64,000 nucleotides of DNA from Fonticula alba ATCC 38817 (taxonomy: Eukaryota > Protista > Nucleariida): NCBI GenBank assembly GCA_000388065.2, contig KB932204.1. One strand, written 5' to 3'. A model generated the notes under the pieces. The model was given only the letters and a program-made list of their open reading frames with translations. It did not search any database and was not told the origin of the DNA. Below, piece after piece: positions 61,935 to 64,000 of this stretch; position 1 is the stretch's first letter, and each line of letters starts with the position of its first letter. The position numbers and the translations under genes are program-made.

Positions 61935-64000
61935 TGTGTCTCGTTTCCCGGGGGCCCCTGGGGGGGGGGGGGGGGGGGGGGCCGGCTGTCTGTCGGCCTG
62001 CAGCGTGAAGGGGTCTGCCTCGGCACCCTCCGCTGTTGCTGTGCTCGTCCGATCCGCGCACGCCTCCCTCCCACTTCGCAAGGGCTCGAGGGCGGGGGGG
62101 GGGCGGACGGCGGGGCGGACGGCGGGGCGGACGGCGGGGGTGGGATTGTCCAAGGGCAGCACGGTGTGCCGAACTTGCGCACGCCCGCCCCCGCCCCCGC
62201 CCCCCCCCCCTCCCCGCGCGGGGTACACAAAGGGGGCCGCTGCCGGAACCGGCCCATCCCCGGCCGCGGCCGATTCTTTTCTCCCCCGTCCCCCTCGGGG
62301 GAGTGAGGGGCGGGCGACGGAGCGGGAGGGCGGGGGCGGGGGCAAGAGAGGGGGCACGCGCGCGCGACGGACCGCCCCTCCTCCCCCAGGTGCCGAATAT
62401 TTCCCTTCCCGGGAAATGGTCCCCGGCCGAGGAAGCATAGGCGCCGGACCGGGAGGCGCGCGCGCGCCCCTCCTGGCCGACCCCCGGGGCATAGAGCCGG
62501 AAACAGGGCGCCCGTGTCCCTGCCAGAATAGGACATGGGCGAGAGGGGCGGGGGCACCGGGGGGGGGGGGGGCACCGGGGGTAGGGGGACAGAGCTTGGC
62601 GGGAGGACCAGCGGCGGCCGGGCGAGACGCTTAGGCCATTCCCCCGCCCCGTGCTCCCCCCCCCGGACCTCTCTGTGCTTGTCTTCTCCCTGTCCTCCGG
62701 AGGGGGGGCGGCTCCGCGTGCAGGCGTGCCGGTGTGCCTGTGCGCCTGGCGCGCCCGGCCGCAAGCCGGGGGAGGGACATGACAGGGGACATGCTGCCCC
62801 AGCAGGCCCACCACAGGGGCTGCCATAATCCGGCGGACACCACGTACCACGCAGCAGGCACGTTTCGAGGGAGTAGNNNNNNNNNNGGCGCGCCTTTCAT
62901 GACCGCGTCTCTGTGGCGGGGGGTCTGGGGGGGCTGGGGCGCGCTCCCGGGGGGGGGGGGGGGGGGGGGGGCGTTGGGAGAGGAAAGGAGGGGGCCTTTC
63001 GGTCGGGGGGCCCGGGGCACCGGGGGGGGGGGGGGTGGCAGCATTGGGACCTTCATCAAGGATATTGGGCGGTCTGGGAGTCTGTCAAACAGCCGGGCCG
63101 CGGACGGCGCGGGAACAACTCCGCCTGCGAGCCTACTGTGCGCCAGAAGTGTCGAGGACGCACCCAAGAGAGAACCCGAACCCATGGACATTGGGTGAGG
63201 AGAGCGAGGGCCGGCCTCTGCCGGCCGACGCATGCGCAGGGGGCGAGACACAAGAAGGGAGGGCAAGAGGCACAGAGAGAGAGAGAGAGAGACTCGGGGA
63301 GCTTGAGGCAGCCAGAGGAGCCGCGAGGCCCAAACAAAGGGGCGGCCCCCAGGGGGTGCCCCGCATTCCCGGAGCCCGGGGGGGGGGGGGCGCGGGCGGC
63401 GGCCCGCCGCTGCACGCACAGGGCTGACAGCGCGGCCCACTGGGGGGGGGGGGGGGGGGGGACGCACGGCAAAAACAAAGCGAACAAGAGAGGAAGAAAA
63501 CAAAGCGGAAAGGGGGGGGGGGGGGGGGGGGGGGGAGCCGCCTGGCTTCCTCGAGAGCCAGAAGCCGGCAAGAAAAGACACGGTTACCTGGGGGCCGGCC
63601 GATTGACCACTCCAAGGTGTATGCCACATTTTTCCGGTTCGCCACCGGGCTGCGGCCCTGGGACCGTTCCCCCCAGGGTAGAGGGCCATCCTCCTGAGGG
63701 ACGCGTTGGCGCCCCTGGGCGCGCCACGGCGTGCGAGACGCCCGAGGCCGGGGCGAGGGGCAGAGACCTGGCGCGCCGGGCAATCACCGGGGCCCAGTGC
63801 ACGGAGAGGCTGACAGTTTGCGCGGCCAACGGGCCCGGCAGCCCGCGCCAGTGCAAGCAGCGCACACAAGGCCGGAGGGCCGGAACCGAGCAAGCGATCG
63901 GACGGGGGGCGGGGGGGGGGGGGGGGGGGGGAGGGGGGGGAGGAAATACCCGCCGGAAGGAAGAGAAGCCAGGCAATGGACACTGGGACACCAGCGCGAG
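59801..64000. repeat. Dispersed duplication: 59801-59871 ~ 62887-62955 and 60009-60043 = 63966-64000
   Basis: ggcgcgcctttcatgaccgcgtctctgtggcgggg... occurs twice with a few G-biased differences. aagccaggcaatggacactgggacaccagcgcgag (35 nt) occurs twice identically. Confidence 0.85.

Noticed and set aside
60122-63991. Long Gly/Pro/Arg-rich ORFs (e.g. 60863-62764, 60895-62850, 62631-63983)
   Set aside because: They are by-products of stop-poor GC and homopolymer sequence, with no domain motifs. No transposase, RT or integrase signature was seen, so they are not called as mobile elements.
1-64000. CRISPR arrays, operons, prokaryotic mobile elements, recoded genetic code
   Set aside because: There are no spaced direct repeats. 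The genes are spliceosomal-intron eukaryotic genes that translate with the standard code and normal stop codons.

Overview
GC-rich, intron-rich eukaryotic genomic DNA from a draft assembly, with N-gaps almost always flanked by poly-G/C runs. The gene set (fungal-type Mtf1 and CobW, unfused DHFR, plus MROH1, STK11IP, HTATIP2, RBM18 and a MYCBP2-type ligase) points to an early-branching opisthokont or holomycotan protist, possibly Fonticula alba (inference, not searched). I traced about 18 protein-coding genes: MROH1, PDCL3, CAPZA, an F-box/TPR/EF-hand protein, an SLC25 carrier, a Treslin/Sld3-like protein, Mtf1, STK11IP, HTATIP2, an RCR E3 ligase, COX16, CobW, XMAP215, UTP23, DHFR, RBM18, LMAN2 and one weak hypothetical. 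The last ~6 kb has no recognisable gene and is partly duplicated. Top finding: a U1 snRNA gene at 10772-10928 that has all four stem-loops and an Sm site, but whose 5' splice-site-recognition arm reads ACGUACCU instead of the near-invariant ACUUACCU. This arm is perfectly complementary to AG|GUACGU. In the 53 donors I traced by hand, position +4 is C in 43, T in 10 and never A, which suggests U1 and the donors co-evolved. Second finding: a compact stand-alone (~527 aa) MYCBP2-like RING-Cys-Relay ubiquitin ligase that keeps both catalytic cysteines. Also notable are an XMAP215 that appears to lack TOG3-4 and a highly diverged Treslin/Sld3. All family assignments come from recalled motif similarity; no database searches were run.
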